Assembly: GCA_964016885.1 (NCBI GenBank)
Contig: CAXHJY010000377.1
Location: forward strand, 24,698-88,697
DNA: 64,000 bases
From: Eledone cirrhosa
Taxonomy: Eukaryota
Direction of reading: 5' to 3'
The position numbers and the translations under genes were made by a program. The notes beneath the pieces are model-generated. The model saw only the letters and a list, made by a program, of their open reading frames with translations, ran no database searches and was not told the DNA's origin. Below are positions 37,733-51,952 of this stretch, piece after piece; the stretch's first letter is position 1; each line of letters begins with the position of its first letter.

Positions 37733-38314
37733 TTCATTTCATCAGTCAGATGCTTTTAGACCCATTGTGTGTATGTACATTCACATATTCAGTTTGTCTA
37801 TAACCCCTCCTTTACGGTATTTTATTGTAAAAGAAAGTATTCTTTCAAGTGTTTGCTTCTATTGAAATAGAAAAACTCAAAAGGAGATGGCTTATCCAAG
37901 TCAGCTTGAATTCTAGGATTTAAAAAATTTATTGTTATAACTCCGAAAGTTAAAGAACAAATATCTTTGTTTGAGTAAATGCTACGAATAGCACAGAACA
38001 GAGGAAATGAACGAGGAAGACAATGGATGAAATATACATAATAGTAGTTCTTTCAATTTATTTTGAATTTAACTGTATATGTTGTTCAAAAATTTCATGT
38101 AATATTAATAATTTTGAGATAGAACGGAGAAAACATATTAAATATATTCTTTGTGTCCCATTTTGCCTATATATATATGTATATATATATATTATACGTT
38201 TTTGAGCGACGTATCAAAAATAAATTAATACAACATACACACGAAAAAGTAAAGAAATCAAACACTAATCTATATCTGTACCTATCTTTCCACTCTGCTT
38301 GCCTCTATATCCCT

Positions 38315-39120
<806 letters not shown>

Positions 39121-40047
39121 TTTGTGTGTGTGAGCGTGTGTAGTGCGTGTGTTATATGTATATACTCGTTTGCAGATATACATAAATTATAATAAAAAAA
39201 TAATTATATATACGCAAAGGTAAAATCATCGCATGAATTATATTAAAGTTGATTAATTTCAACTTTTTACTTTAATATATTTATAAAACATATTTTCAAG
39301 TTGTTTCATTGCTTCATAATTTCATTTCCAAAAATTTGTTCCTGTTTATTTTTCAGTAACGCAATTAAAGTTTTAGAAACAGGAATAATCTTTCATTTTT
39401 TTCCCTAATATACCGTAGATAACGAGATGAGTGTATTATTTAAAAAAATGTTATCAATGATTATACTCATTGAAAAATTACTCTAATCCAAATCTGCCAT
39501 CAATTACGATTTCACAACTTCAATATTCCTTAAGAGCCAATTGTATGTTACGATATAAAACAAAACCATAGATCTCCATTCAAACACACAAATACACGGT
39601 TTGATCGACAACACCGCCACCCGCCCCCACACACAAACACAAATATATATATATATATATTATATATATATTACCTTTGTTATAAACAAAGGTAAAATTA
39701 AATATACAAACTTCAAATGTTTGTCTATAATTATAAATGTTAGTATTTATTTGTCAAGTAGTTCCATTTTGTTCTTGTACATCTTGATTATATGAGTTAG
39801 GACCTAAAATTACTTGAATAATTTGATGTAAAATGTGTGACAAAAAACGTGTGACGAATTAAAAATGATTTAAAAGGTAATTTATATTTATATCTTTGAT
39901 TATATATGTATATACAAATAGGCAAGCAGAGTGGAACAATAGGTACAGATATAGATTAGTGTTTGATTTCTTTACTTTTTCGTGTGTATGTTGTATTAAT
40001 TTATTTTTGATACGTCGTTCAAAAACGTCTAATATATATATACATAC

Positions 40048-40140
<93 letters not shown>

Positions 40141-40446
40141 AACCAGTAAGACCCCGACAGCTGAGCTCAAGCCGTTTCGAATTAGCCGTCGAAACGGCTT
40201 GAGCTCAGCTGTCGGGGTCTTACTGGTTCCTATTAGCTGTCGGGGTCTTACTGGTTCCTATTACCCACTCTACTACCTCAAGTATTGAGTACTTTGGTGC
40301 GTTATGGTCCACCTGGTTCCTTACCACATTTCCTTCGTTATATATATATATATATATATATAGGTTTATCCCGGGTTCAATCAGGTGTAACCACACTAAG
40401 TAAGGTACTCAATACAAAGCAGAGTATAAATATTGAATATAGAAAT

Positions 40447-40491
40447 GGCTTCTACAGGACTGTTTCATTCGGGAGTATTTATCAGGAAGCC
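40447..40491 (-). ncRNA. Hammerhead ribozyme motif with C3/A8 mismatch core
   Basis: GGCTTC-CTGATAA-ATAC-TCCC-GAAT-GAAA-CAG-TC-CTG-TA-GAAGCC. Perfect 6-bp stem I, GUA triplet. Confidence 0.75.
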
Positions 40492-40574
40492 GACTGTCCA
40501 AATAATGTGGTGGTATTTATACCTTTTCTGGTGGTAGGAGAGGGTGGTGATTGGGATGGGTGGAGGACGCGGGG

Positions 40575-42280
40575 TTGATGGATTCAAAGAAAAGGGAGTT
40601 ATTTTTTGCGGACATATCCGGGATTTCTTGAAGGAATTTGTCCAAAGTTTTCTTGAACTTTATAGCGCCTGTTTCTTAATGTGTTTTGGTGTAATATTAA
40701 AGAGGGCGCGGTCAATTGACGTATTGTGCCGTATTGTTGTTATGAGATGTGAGTTTGATTTTTGTGGTGGGCGGACAGCATTGGGCACACGCCTTGGGTG
40801 TACCTTAAAGGTGATGCCAACATAATTTGGACAATGCTTCTGGAATATTTTCCACATCATGCAGATAACGTGGCGCTCTCGGAGGCGTTGAAGAGAATAC
40901 ATTGCGAGTTTTTCTAGTCGACTCCAATAGTCAAGGCCTGTCATGCCATTTATCTCTTTTGTAATTGACATTTGAGGAGCCTCAACTTTCATGATACTTT
41001 TTTTCGTGTGGGGAGACCACAGTGGACAACAGTATTCAAGTTGGGGTCGGGCAAATGTGGAGAAGAGAAGGATAATAGTGTGGAAATCTCTCAACTGGAA
41101 AGTTCTGAGAATCCAGGAACCCCTTCTGCAGGCCATGTCAACTATGCTGCGTATATGAGTGGCCCAGATTATGTTGTGCACAATTACCCCCAATTCTCTG
41201 ATGTTGTTGGATGTCACGAGAGTTTTACCTGAAGGAAGGGAGTATGGGAGTTTCAGAGCATCCCCTTTTCCAAATTTATCCTCGTTCAGCAGCATATTGT
41301 TCTTTTCCCCCCATTGGATAACAGACAATATGACTGAAGGCATGTCCGGACACCCACTTCATTGATGACCTTCTGCAGCTTGGAATCATCTGCGAAGATT
41401 CTTATGCTGCTGTGCTTGATGATGTCAGTAATGTCATTAATATAGATATTGAAAGTTAATAGGCCCAGCACAGTGCCTTGTGGGACACCACTATTGACTT
41501 TGGTTGGATTGGACTTTACTCCTTCGACTAGAACATGTTACGCTCTGTTTGACAGGAAACACTTGATCCACTGCAGCAATCCTCCAGTGACACCAATATT
41601 GGATAGTTTTCTCAGTAGAATGTTGTGATCAACTCTGTCAAAAACCTTGCTAAATCAAGGTAGATGACATCAGTTTTGGAGCCTTCTCCCCAAACTCTCA
41701 AAATGTCATCAACGGATGCACTAGCTACGTTAGGCAATCCCTCCCATTACGGAACCCACGTTGGTTGGAGTTCAGCAGTTTGTTGCTTTTAAGTAAATGA
41801 GTTTTTCGTGATCTCACCACCCTCTCACATACCTTAATGATATGAGAGGGAAGTGAGATCGGAGGGTAATTCACGGCAAGATATTTTTTCCCTTTTTTGA
41901 AAACTGAGACAACAGACTTGGATAGTAAATTTTCTGGTATAGAGCCAGCACCCAGAGAGTTCCTCCCCAGATTAGTAGGAGAAGATGCAAGCTGGTATCG
42001 ATACACCTTCAGGACACAAGCAGGGAACCTATCGGGGCCTACTGCTGAATTGTGTTTAGTTTCTCACCCATGGTTTTAGAATTATCATGGAGAGTGCCAT
42101 TTTCATCAATTAGAGGACCAACAGTGGAGCCAGTGACTGTGTATTTTTTAGCAAATGAAAAGTACACTTAGGGATTGAGTTTGCTTTTGTCAATGGCCCA
42201 GGCCTCTTCAGCTTCTCTTTGAATGTTGATGATGGACAACATGGTAATTTGCAGATTTTGAATCATTTCTGAATGAGCAA
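40575..42280 (-). mobile_element. CR1/L2-group LINE, 5'-truncated and disrupted
   Basis: NYPPISL, QRGFRNGRDCLT, SGVPQGTVLG, IYIND, IFADDSKL, RPQLEYCCPLWSPH. Confidence 0.88.
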
Positions 42281-42864
42281 GACACGCTCAATTGATCTAG
42301 TTTGGCTCAAACGTGACAACTACTAGCTTAAACGGTGGTGACGATGATGATGATGATAATGATGATATATATTTCTGGAACGATGCAGTTCAGATGAATA
42401 TTGTATTGTATAATATTTCATGGTTAAAATCAATAAAATAGATCATATATATTGAATGATGTTTGATGAAGTAGTTCAATAGAATAGATACCGTTGCTTT
42501 CACCGACATGTTTTACAATGTTTCTATTTGCGGAAGTGCATGTTCTTAAAATAAACCTTCTAGTGACTGAGCATTCCACAGATACATGTACATTTAACCT
42601 AATGCAGTGTTTGATACATCTAACCATTTGAAGTACTGATACAGGCCATCAGAGGGGTTTCCTATTAATTTGCATTTTCCCAGGGTCACTCACAAGACAT
42701 GAATTGACACAAGGCTATGGTAGATGGCATTTTCGCAAGAGAATTAATGATTGTAAAGCAAAGTCCTTAACCAGGTAACCATGTTAAGTCCAACGTAATA
42801 CGATAAAAACACATTCAAATCACCACAGAGTGATAAGAGAATTGCTTATGCATTGGTCTAAGTA

Positions 42865-43393
42865 TGTTGTGCGAGAGTACGGCGCCCCCCTGGCGAGAAT
42901 GGGCTGGACCACTTCATATAAATAGTTGATAGTCAAAGTTGGTACTAGTGCCAGAGTTCGTGTGTTGCTAGTCAAAGTTGGTACTAGTTCCACAGTTCAT
43001 GTGTTGATAGTCGAGGTTGGGACTAGTACCACGGTCCGTGTGTTAATAGTCAAAGTTGGTACTAGTTCCACAGTTCGTGTGTTGATAGTCGAGGTTGGTA
43101 CTAGTTCCACAGTTCGTGTGTTGATCGTCAAAGTTGGAGTTCAAGTTCACAGTTCGAGTTAGTGTGTTGGCTTGTTGGCTCTTAAAAGATTGTTGTTCCG
43201 TTACGTGTATTATTGCCGTTCGTTTCGATTATATTGTTATTACACTGTTGCAGTGTATTCGTTTATCCATAAGGACATAACTGTATATAACATCTATATT
43301 AGTTTAATATTCTGTGTGTTACACGTGCTTATTAAAATCAAGCAATTACATTATATTTATCATCTGTCCACATTACGTCCCCTAATTATAACA
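42865..43393 (+). mobile_element. Probable solo LTR containing a 39-bp tandem array
   Basis: TGTT...AACA termini, TATAAATA at 42917-42924, ATTAAA near the 3' end. No TSD seen. Confidence 0.45.
42925..43160. repeat. 39-bp minisatellite, about 6 copies
   Basis: Unit GTTGATAGTCAAAGTTGGTACTAGTTCCACAGTTCGTGT. Confidence 0.95.
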
Positions 43394-43587
43394 GGACATT
43401 CCTTATATTATTAGTTAGTTTTAAATATGCCTGATTGATTATAATGCAGTATAAATCTCATACAGTGTGAATGATTTATTACGAAGATGTGTAATAAGAG
43501 GTTATTTCTGACAGTTTCACCAGGATTAAGTTTGATGAAGCTGCTGTGTAACAAGGATTTGTATAATAAGAAGTTATGGAATTAAAA

Positions 43588-43710
43588 TGTATGTAATGAT
43601 AAGTTATGTAGTGATAAGTTATGCAACGCTAAGTTGTGTAATGACACGTTATGTAATGATAAGTAATGTAGTGATACGTTATGAAATAAGATGTTATTTA
43701 ATAAGTTATA
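43588..43710. repeat. 15-bp tandem repeat
   Basis: Unit GTTATGTAATGATAA, about 8 degenerate copies. Confidence 0.85.
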
Positions 43711-45860
43711 AAATCAATAATTGTATTAAAGCATCAGCAATATCATGTTTCATGCACGAGTTTGACATTTGAACTTTGCCATACCCAATACCTACTTGAA
43801 ATTGTAATAAATAGTCTTAAATCGTGAGATTTAATCATTAATCATTCTACAGCTGATAAAAACATTCATTGTTAAAGCAAAGTACAAATAATATCCCTTT
43901 GTGAATTATTAAACGTATGCCACACCATGTGGGATAAATGGTATTAAATCCAAAATATCTATTGATGTAGATTTATGTAAAATCAAGCCACGACGTAGTG
44001 TTTGGAAAGCAGCTGTTATGAAGGTTGTATTGGTTTCATTTACTGTTATGTCCAGAAGATAACAACTTGATTCATATCATGACGAATATGATCTTCATTA
44101 CACTCATTTCAATCAAACCAAAAGCTCTTAACGTTCATACGTAATCTGTCTTTAGAAAACCTCACAAGTGTGTTGAATATAACTGGGAAAAAAGTTGCCA
44201 AAATATGCAATATTCAACATGCATTCACTGATAAATTAATGTTCTGTGGCACATGATGCAAAATATGCAAATTCAATTCAAACAAGTTGTACAGTGTGAA
44301 CATTTCAAAAGACATTATTTCTTTATGTCATTTCTGACAGTTTCACCAGGATTAAGTTTGATGAAGATGTTGCTGAGGGGTAGAAGTGTGGAAGGAGCTG
44401 CGTAGGAACAAACAGATTGATAGCGTTGTTGATGATGATGATGGGGATTATGAAGAAAATTGTGGTGTTATTATGCGTGGTGGTGGTGGTGCTGGTGACA
44501 GTAGTGATAGTGATGATGATAATAACGATCAGCAACTATTTTGCATGGATAAAATATTGTAATGAAATACTGTTATGAAATATTGGAATAAAGAATGCCT
44601 TATGAAAGGAAAACGTGGTGGAAGTGAATGTTGACAATAAAAAAAATGAATAAGATGAAAATTTAGTTAACACAAAAATATAAATAAAAATGCCTGAGCA
44701 GGTTTTGATAATGGTGAAATCAAAATACCAACGTAAAATTATGGTAATAAAATAATAACAAAAATTAGTGAAAGATAAATAATACAACAATATGGTCAGA
44801 GAAAAAAGAAAATACAACTAATGAATTGAAATATTGACAGACCAGGTTGTGTAGTGAATAAATGGAAATACTAGTAGAAATTTGCATCAACTACTAAACT
44901 AAAGTTTAATGGAATAACTTATAGGTTGCTTCATTGTTGAGAGAATCATTAATTATAAGCGTTATTTATATCCACAATATAATATGTTTACATATTATTT
45001 TTTTTATTATTTGTAAGAAGGATGTTACTTATTGTAAATGAACAACCCATTAAAGTCTGTCTGTCTGTCGAAATCCTGAGAACTGCGATCTGTTTATGAC
45101 TAAAATTCTAAGATCTGCTTAACTCTAAGTTGGTACGAAAATGGGTTAATTTTAATTGCTGTCAATGTATTTTAAACTAACTTGATCAAATATATGTCAG
45201 GCATCATAGATTTTAGATCAAATGTGCAGAGAATTGTGAAATTCAGAAAAATTGAATGATAAAGTTTATAATAGTTTTATTCACCTTCTATAACGATCAA
45301 TAAAGCCGGTTATCTATGGCAACTAAATGACCGTCCAACATAAAATGTCAATTGGATATACGACTTCATTTTCGATATCACAGTTAATAATACACAAAAG
45401 AGACGCATGTTACAGATCTGTCCTTAAAGAGCGAATGTTACAAATATATTCATAATCATTGGGCGTTTAAGCCTGAAAATAAAGTAACTGTACTGAGAAA
45501 GAATCTCTATTGATAGAAAATGTCAATATCATTAGCGGGAATTGTTGTTTATGAGGTAAGGCAAAGGATCTGAGCTGCTGGAAAAGGGTTGATTGGTGAT
45601 CACGTTTTAATTCTTCACTGAGCGTTGTCCTTGCTCGGCGAGTTGAAGTTATGATCGTTGAGCCTCCCGTGGTTCTATATTACAATAGTTGTGTTGGTGG
45701 GAGTACAACACTTTATAAAATGAGACTGCAACACTTAATCTGATGTCCATAGCTGTTATAGACATTTTATTAAATTGTTACTCATTCTTTTAATGTCTGT
45801 TTTATGACAACTAGAAGAACTACAGAGACATCTACATATTCCAATGATTATCAACCTACG

Positions 45861-46055
45861 AAGAAGAAGAAGAAGAAGAAGAAGAAGAAGAAGAAGAAGA
45901 AGAAGAAGAAGAAGAAGAAGAAGAAGAAGAAGAAGAAGAAGAAGAAGAAGAAGAAGAAGAAGAAGAAGAAGAAGAAGAAGAAGAAGAAGAAGAAGAAGAA
46001 GAAGAAGAAGAAGAAGAAGAAGAAGAAGAAGAAGAAGAAGAAGAAGAAGAAGAAG
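45861..46055. repeat. (AAG)n microsatellite, about 65 units
   Basis: Pure AAG tract. Confidence 0.98.
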
Positions 46056-46521
46056 ACTTCTTGTATTCGTGCCACGATAAAATACACCCATTAGTGGTAG
46101 TGGTGGTATTAGGAAAACCAGATTCACTAAAACTCGTAAACAGGGTATCCTGTCTTTGAAATCATGTAAAATATGTTACGTAAAGGGTAAGAAGTTTTGA
46201 TGCAACACGTCGGGTCCCAGTCCGTGACAGTCCGTCAAACATTTGTCAACGTGGAAAGTGGGTCTAAAATGATGATGGCATTCGAAACAATGATCATTAC
46301 TAATTCCTTAAATTGTGTGTATTTTCTCAACAGTTTTCTATAAAATGTGGTGATTGTTTTAACTGTAACGGATCTAGACAATCCTGCCGAGGAGCGTTGA
46401 AAATCATGATTACCCCGTTGACCCTGCTGGAATGTCCTTGACTGCTTGTATTTATCTCAGTCTAACATATCACTACATAGAATCAGTTAAGAATATCTAA
46501 TACCCCTCCCTCTTCTCCACT

Positions 46522-46657
<136 letters not shown>

Positions 46658-47168
46658 ACTACTACTTGCTGCACAGAGCTGGAATCAATATAGAGAAATC
46701 AATATTATCATATTTACATAGGAACATCAATATCTATGTAACATAATTTAGTTGTGACAATTGCCAAGAGACAACGAAAGAATATTTTCCAGTTCTCACT
46801 GTTATGCTACAGATTTTCTTAGAACTTTCCAAAGCCGTAAGGATGTGAAGAAAAACTTCAAATGCATTACTAGTGGACATTTTATTGGCAACATAAATGA
46901 GAACACTTTGATTCGATAACATTATATATTAATACAATATCTTATATTAAAATAGCACTAGTGATTGTACTAAGAAAGAATGATACAGACAAAATAGAAG
47001 CTAAATATAGGTGTTGGCTTTTGTGAAACATTTTACTGATGGAGAACCGAGTGTTGAGGAGAGCACCTAACTTATCCTTATTTCGTTGTTTCTATTGACT
47101 ATTTCTACCATTTATGACTATTTCTTCCTCATCATACACGATGTTACTATTCATATAAAAGTACTTTC

Positions 47169-47188
47169 TACTACTGCTACTGCTGCTG

Positions 47189-47247
<59 letters not shown>

Positions 47248-47312
47248 GCTACTACTGCTACTACAACTACTGCTGCTGCTGCTACTACAACAACAACAAC
47301 TACTACTACTAT

Positions 47313-47353
<41 letters not shown>

Positions 47354-47465
47354 ATGCTACTACAACTACTACTACTAGTACGACTACTACTACTACTATT
47401 ACTACTACTACGACTACTACTATTGATGATGATGATGATGATGATGGTGTTGATGCTGTTGATGT

Positions 47466-47518
<53 letters not shown>

Positions 47519-47519
47519 T

Positions 47520-47566
<47 letters not shown>

Positions 47567-47583
47567 ATGATGTTGCTACTACT
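47169..47583. repeat. Compound (TAC)n/(TGC)n/(GAT)n microsatellite
   Basis: Direct reading. Similar tract at 46522-46667. Confidence 0.95.
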
Positions 47584-47689
47584 TCACAAAAGAAAGAAGA
47601 GGTTACATTCAATCACAAAGCAAAGTGGGAAGTTTGTGGAATAATTGGAATACATTTTGAAAATGATCGCGATTCTGCAATTTATGCCG

Positions 47690-48505
47690 CAAAGAAAAGC
47701 AAAATGTTGGAGAAACATGAAGATCAACAGAGATTGTTCACTAAATAGGAGAAAAATACCGCTGCATGGGCAGAAAGTTCTCCGTGGCAAAGACCCTGAT
47801 GTAGATCAAAACTTCACCCATAAACGGCTGCGGAGTTCTGGGCTAAAGGTAGAGATTGAGGTCTTCATTTTAACTTCACAAGACCAGTGTCTCCCAACGC
47901 CCAACTTTCAATCCAATGTGATTAGAAATGGAATTGACAAAAAGTGTCGATTCTCTGATGATCAGTTTGAGACCATTGACCACCTGGTTTCTGGCAGCGA
48001 GTTATTAACCCCCACGAATAAAAAAGCGTGGCGGGATAGAGTTGGGCAATACTTACACTGAGTAATCTGCAGGTCTTATAGCCTGAAAACGGAAGGAATA
48101 TGATACAACCATCACCCAGATGCTGTAACAGGAGGCGATATCGTAACAGTCCTCTGGGATTTCCCTTTGAATACTGACAGAACAATCAAGGCCAACAGAA
48201 CTGATATAATTGTGAAGGACCATAAAGAGAAACCATGTTTCATAATTGACATGAGCATCACATCATATAGTAACATCTCGAAAGTGTTTGGAAAGCTCAG
48301 TATCTATAAAGATCTATCAATTGAAATTGAGAAAATGTGGCATCTTAAAGTTTGTACTATACCAGTAATAGCCAGTGCACTTGGAATGATATAAAAGTGA
48401 ACTGAAAAATATTTGGACATAATACCTAGTAAGCTATGTCTGGAAGAGATACAGGATATACTGCTGACTAGCAATGTTCATGTCCTGAGAAGGGAATTGT
48501 CAATT
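47690..48505 (+). mobile_element. Dong/R4 LINE 3' fragment
   Basis: PLHGQ, SSGLKVEIEVFI..QDQ, KCRF...ETIDHLVSG, TDRTIKANRTDIIV, IEIEKMW..IPVIASALG. Confidence 0.85.
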
Positions 48506-48704
48506 TAAAACCACTGCAAATACATTTATTGGTGACTAACAGCAGGACCCAGCGTTGAACGGGGTAGGAAACGTGAAATAGCAAAACACATATGCAAAGA
48601 TTGAGGAATGTAGCTGTGTACATTTTGAATTCCCTTAATCTCAGGGAATGGTTGTTCATCTAGTGGAAACGTAGAACAACAGCTGGCCAAATCCAGTAGT
48701 AGTA

Positions 48705-49646
48705 GTGTCAGTGGGCCGATTGCGGGAATCCTGTATGCGAAAGGAGTAAGTAGGTGTTATCGGTCGATGCATGTCGTAAGTTTGTTCACGAATTACGTCA
48801 CGGATGGGGAACATACGTCATTCTGACGGAGTGACGCAGTCAATTGTGTGAACACCAAGTAGGGATGTACGTTTAAGTAGGGATATTGAGATGAGGAAAT
48901 CAGCGTGGCAACGCTATAGCAGCAGAAGGGGGTCATAGTGCAATTAGCACAAACGCTTGTGGGCACTGGTTGCACTGCGTTTACACAGCACAAAGGTGCG
49001 ACAAAAGGGGTCACTGCAGAATTAACACAACCGCTGTTCGGCATACTTATGCAGGGCGTTCATACTGCGGTGTAGTGCATCAAAAGGGGTCTTAGTAGAA
49101 GTAGCACAGACGTGAGTTTTATGGTGTCAATAAGACGGCAACGTACACAGGTGATGAAAGCGTAAACAGGGCGCCGACAAACATATTAAGGTCCACCTCA
49201 TTTCCTCAATCCCCGAAAATTGTTCTGCTTAAAAGTATGTGTTGTTTCCTCTGTTAAATAAACCAAATTATTAACGAAATATTATACGCTACTTACGTTT
49301 ATATTGAAAATAAAAATGGTATGTAATGTCCAATCCTAATTCGTAAATTTCCAAGAAACCATTAATGGAATCGGAAATTTCTTTCATCTGCAGCAATGCA
49401 AAGGGACTAAGTAATGTGTGCTGCAAATTTTGAGGAAATCGGCTGGATTATCTTTAAGTTACGCCTCATAAAAGCCTAAAAGTGCCTAAACAATGCGGTT
49501 TTTCGCCTAATATGGGCCCTATGGCAGAAAAAGTTTAAACAAATATAAGTAATGCATGTGTAAAGTTTGAAAAAAATTGGTCGGGTACTTCTCGAGATTT
49601 AGGAATTTACACAGACAGACAACATCTGTTTTATATAGAGAGAGAT
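48705..49646 (+). mobile_element. Helentron/HINE-like non-autonomous element
   Basis: 3' end ACAGACAGACAACATCTGTTTTATATAGAGAGAGAT, repeated AAATTT..AATCGG-like motifs, three internal ~80-bp repeats (48920-49115). 5' end uncertain. Confidence 0.45.
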
Positions 49647-49929
49647 TGTGCTCTTGTGGAATCAGTTGTATGACAATTGATTATAAATATGTTTTATTAT
49701 ATTTTGCCTCAAGTGTCAGGTTGAAACTTGGCATGATTTGGGAAAGAAGCAGAATTCAAAGTAACTTGAAAGATTATTATTATTATCTTTTTTTCACTTA
49801 TTTTGCTTCATGACCATACGTGTTCTCACCAAGTTACAACCAGTGGCCTCAATAGACAACAAGTTTCGTTATGTTCAAGAAAGAACACATACACACATAC
49901 ATGAATCTTTCGGTGTTTAGACTTGTGAT

Positions 49930-50895
49930 GTATTTATATTGACAGAATTTTCCTTAGTATATGGGCTGTTCCTATTAGTACTATCTTTCCTGTTTATTCT
50001 ATACGCGAATTTACTGGGATTTGGGATAAGTAATCATTAGACCCTTTAGTTATCATTCCTAGAGAGCCTACAACAACTGGTATTATTTTCGTTCTCAACT
50101 TTCATATTTTTTCAATCTCAATCTCCAGGTCTTTATACATGCTAAATTTTTCAAATGTTTTTATAGATACATTCTTGTCTATAGGAATGGACACATCAAT
50201 TAAGAGGCATACCCTCTTTTCAAAGTCCTTCAGTATTATATCAGGTCTATTTGCATCTATTGTTCGGTCTGTTTGGATGCTAGACTTCCACAAAAGTGAG
50301 ATGTGATCTTTTCCAAGTACGGACGGTAGTTGATGCTCGCACCAAAATTCTTTTGATGGGGCAGGTCAAAATGCTTACACGTTACCCAATGTATGTATTG
50401 TGCTCTGTGGTGCCTGTTTAAATATTTGGTTGGAGCTATAGGACTGTACATAATGAAAAATTATGATCAATGGTTTCTGGTTGTTTTTTACATACATCGC
50501 ATAATGGGTTGCATCAATTTTTTATTATGTTGGCTTGATAATTTTTTGTTGGCAAACACTGATCTTGTGCTGATATAATCATTCCTTCAGTCTCCGATTT
50601 CTGTCCAGAGGATGCCAACCAGTGATGGGTTAAAGTTTTGTCAACATCGGGATTGTTAGCTCTTTTTGGGTATTTTCCATACAGAGGCTTTTCTTGTCAT
50701 TTTTTAGCCAGTTTCTTTAATAGTTATTTATTTGCAGTTAATTTTACTTGCTTTGCTTTTCTGTGTTTTCCATTTCAGCAGTAAATGGAACTTCTGAACT
50801 GTGTAGTTCATTACTGTATTTTGTACATCTTTTGTAATGGAGTATGACCTTTTGATGCTTTCATGTTTCGAAACGAGTTTGATCATCCAATCATG
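49930..50895 (-). mobile_element. Dong/R4 LINE 3' fragment
   Basis: WLASSGQKSETEG, YLNRHHR, QTDRTIDANRPDII, LIDVSIP, YKDLEIEIEKI. Confidence 0.85.
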
Positions 50896-50991
50896 TGCTT
50901 TCCTACAATAAAGATGTCATTACAACTATAATAATCATGCGTTTTGTGTAGCGATTAGATTAAAAGTACGTTCGTGGTAGTTTTATGTAAA

Positions 50992-51700
50992 TACTAGGTA
51001 TGTATCCCGGCGTTGCCCGGGTAAGAACATTGGTAATAGCACCTCCAATGAGAAACGATTATTTGTGAGTGCCTGTTAAAAACACACGAAAATATACCGA
51101 CAGGAGACTTGTTTTATTTGGAGAAAATTAAGAAGTTGAAAGTACAGTTTGTCTACGTGCATTGTTCATAGAAATATTGTTGAGTCCCTCCTTTTCATAC
51201 TCCTCTGTTTTTGGCCTTTTTGAGTAAATGTGAAAGAGAAAGTCACAGGTTAAGTTGGCAGAAGGTTTCAGTGTCATAGCAGTAAGGCGTAGGCTACTTA
51301 CCTCAAAAGTTAATTCGCACTGTTTCCACTAAGTTACTCTTTCTCTCTATCCCTCTCGATGCAGTCACTTGCGAATTTCTCGCGTAGTCCTGGTGTAGAT
51401 TTGCACCCGATCCATCTACCCGATGCACATGTCCGCTTCGTACGTCTTTTGGAGGAAGGAGTGACCAGCAGTACGTTGTTCGGTATTATTAGGAAAAGGT
51501 GAAGCAGAGAATCCCGCGTAAACTAACAGCTCGGGAAGAAACTGCTTACCTCGTAGATTCATTCGCCATCGTTCTTGTCAACGCTCCGTTTATTTGGTAT
51601 TTGTTGGTCTACAGTTAGATGAATGGCGCACAAAGGGTTAATGTTTATTGGCAAGAAGTTTTTTGAATAATAAATGACGGATTAAAGCGACCTACAATGT
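50992..51700 (+). mobile_element. Helentron/HINE-like element 5' part
   Basis: TACTAG followed by the subterminal hairpin CCCGG-CGTTGC-CCGGG. Confidence 0.5.
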
Positions 51701-51730
51701 ATCTGTATATATATATATATATATACACAG

Positions 51731-51816
<86 letters not shown>

Positions 51817-51952
51817 ATCTATGCATATATATATATATGTGTGGGTGTGTGTGTGTGTATTTGTGTATATATATAGTTATATTTATATGTGTATATTTAT
51901 ATATATATGTGTATATGTATTTGTATATATATATATATCTATCTATCTATCT

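Noticed and set aside
47086-47748. 220-aa Thr/Ala/Asp-rich mucin-like ORF
   Set aside because: Compound trinucleotide microsatellite abutting a Dong/R4 fragment, with no splice or start support.
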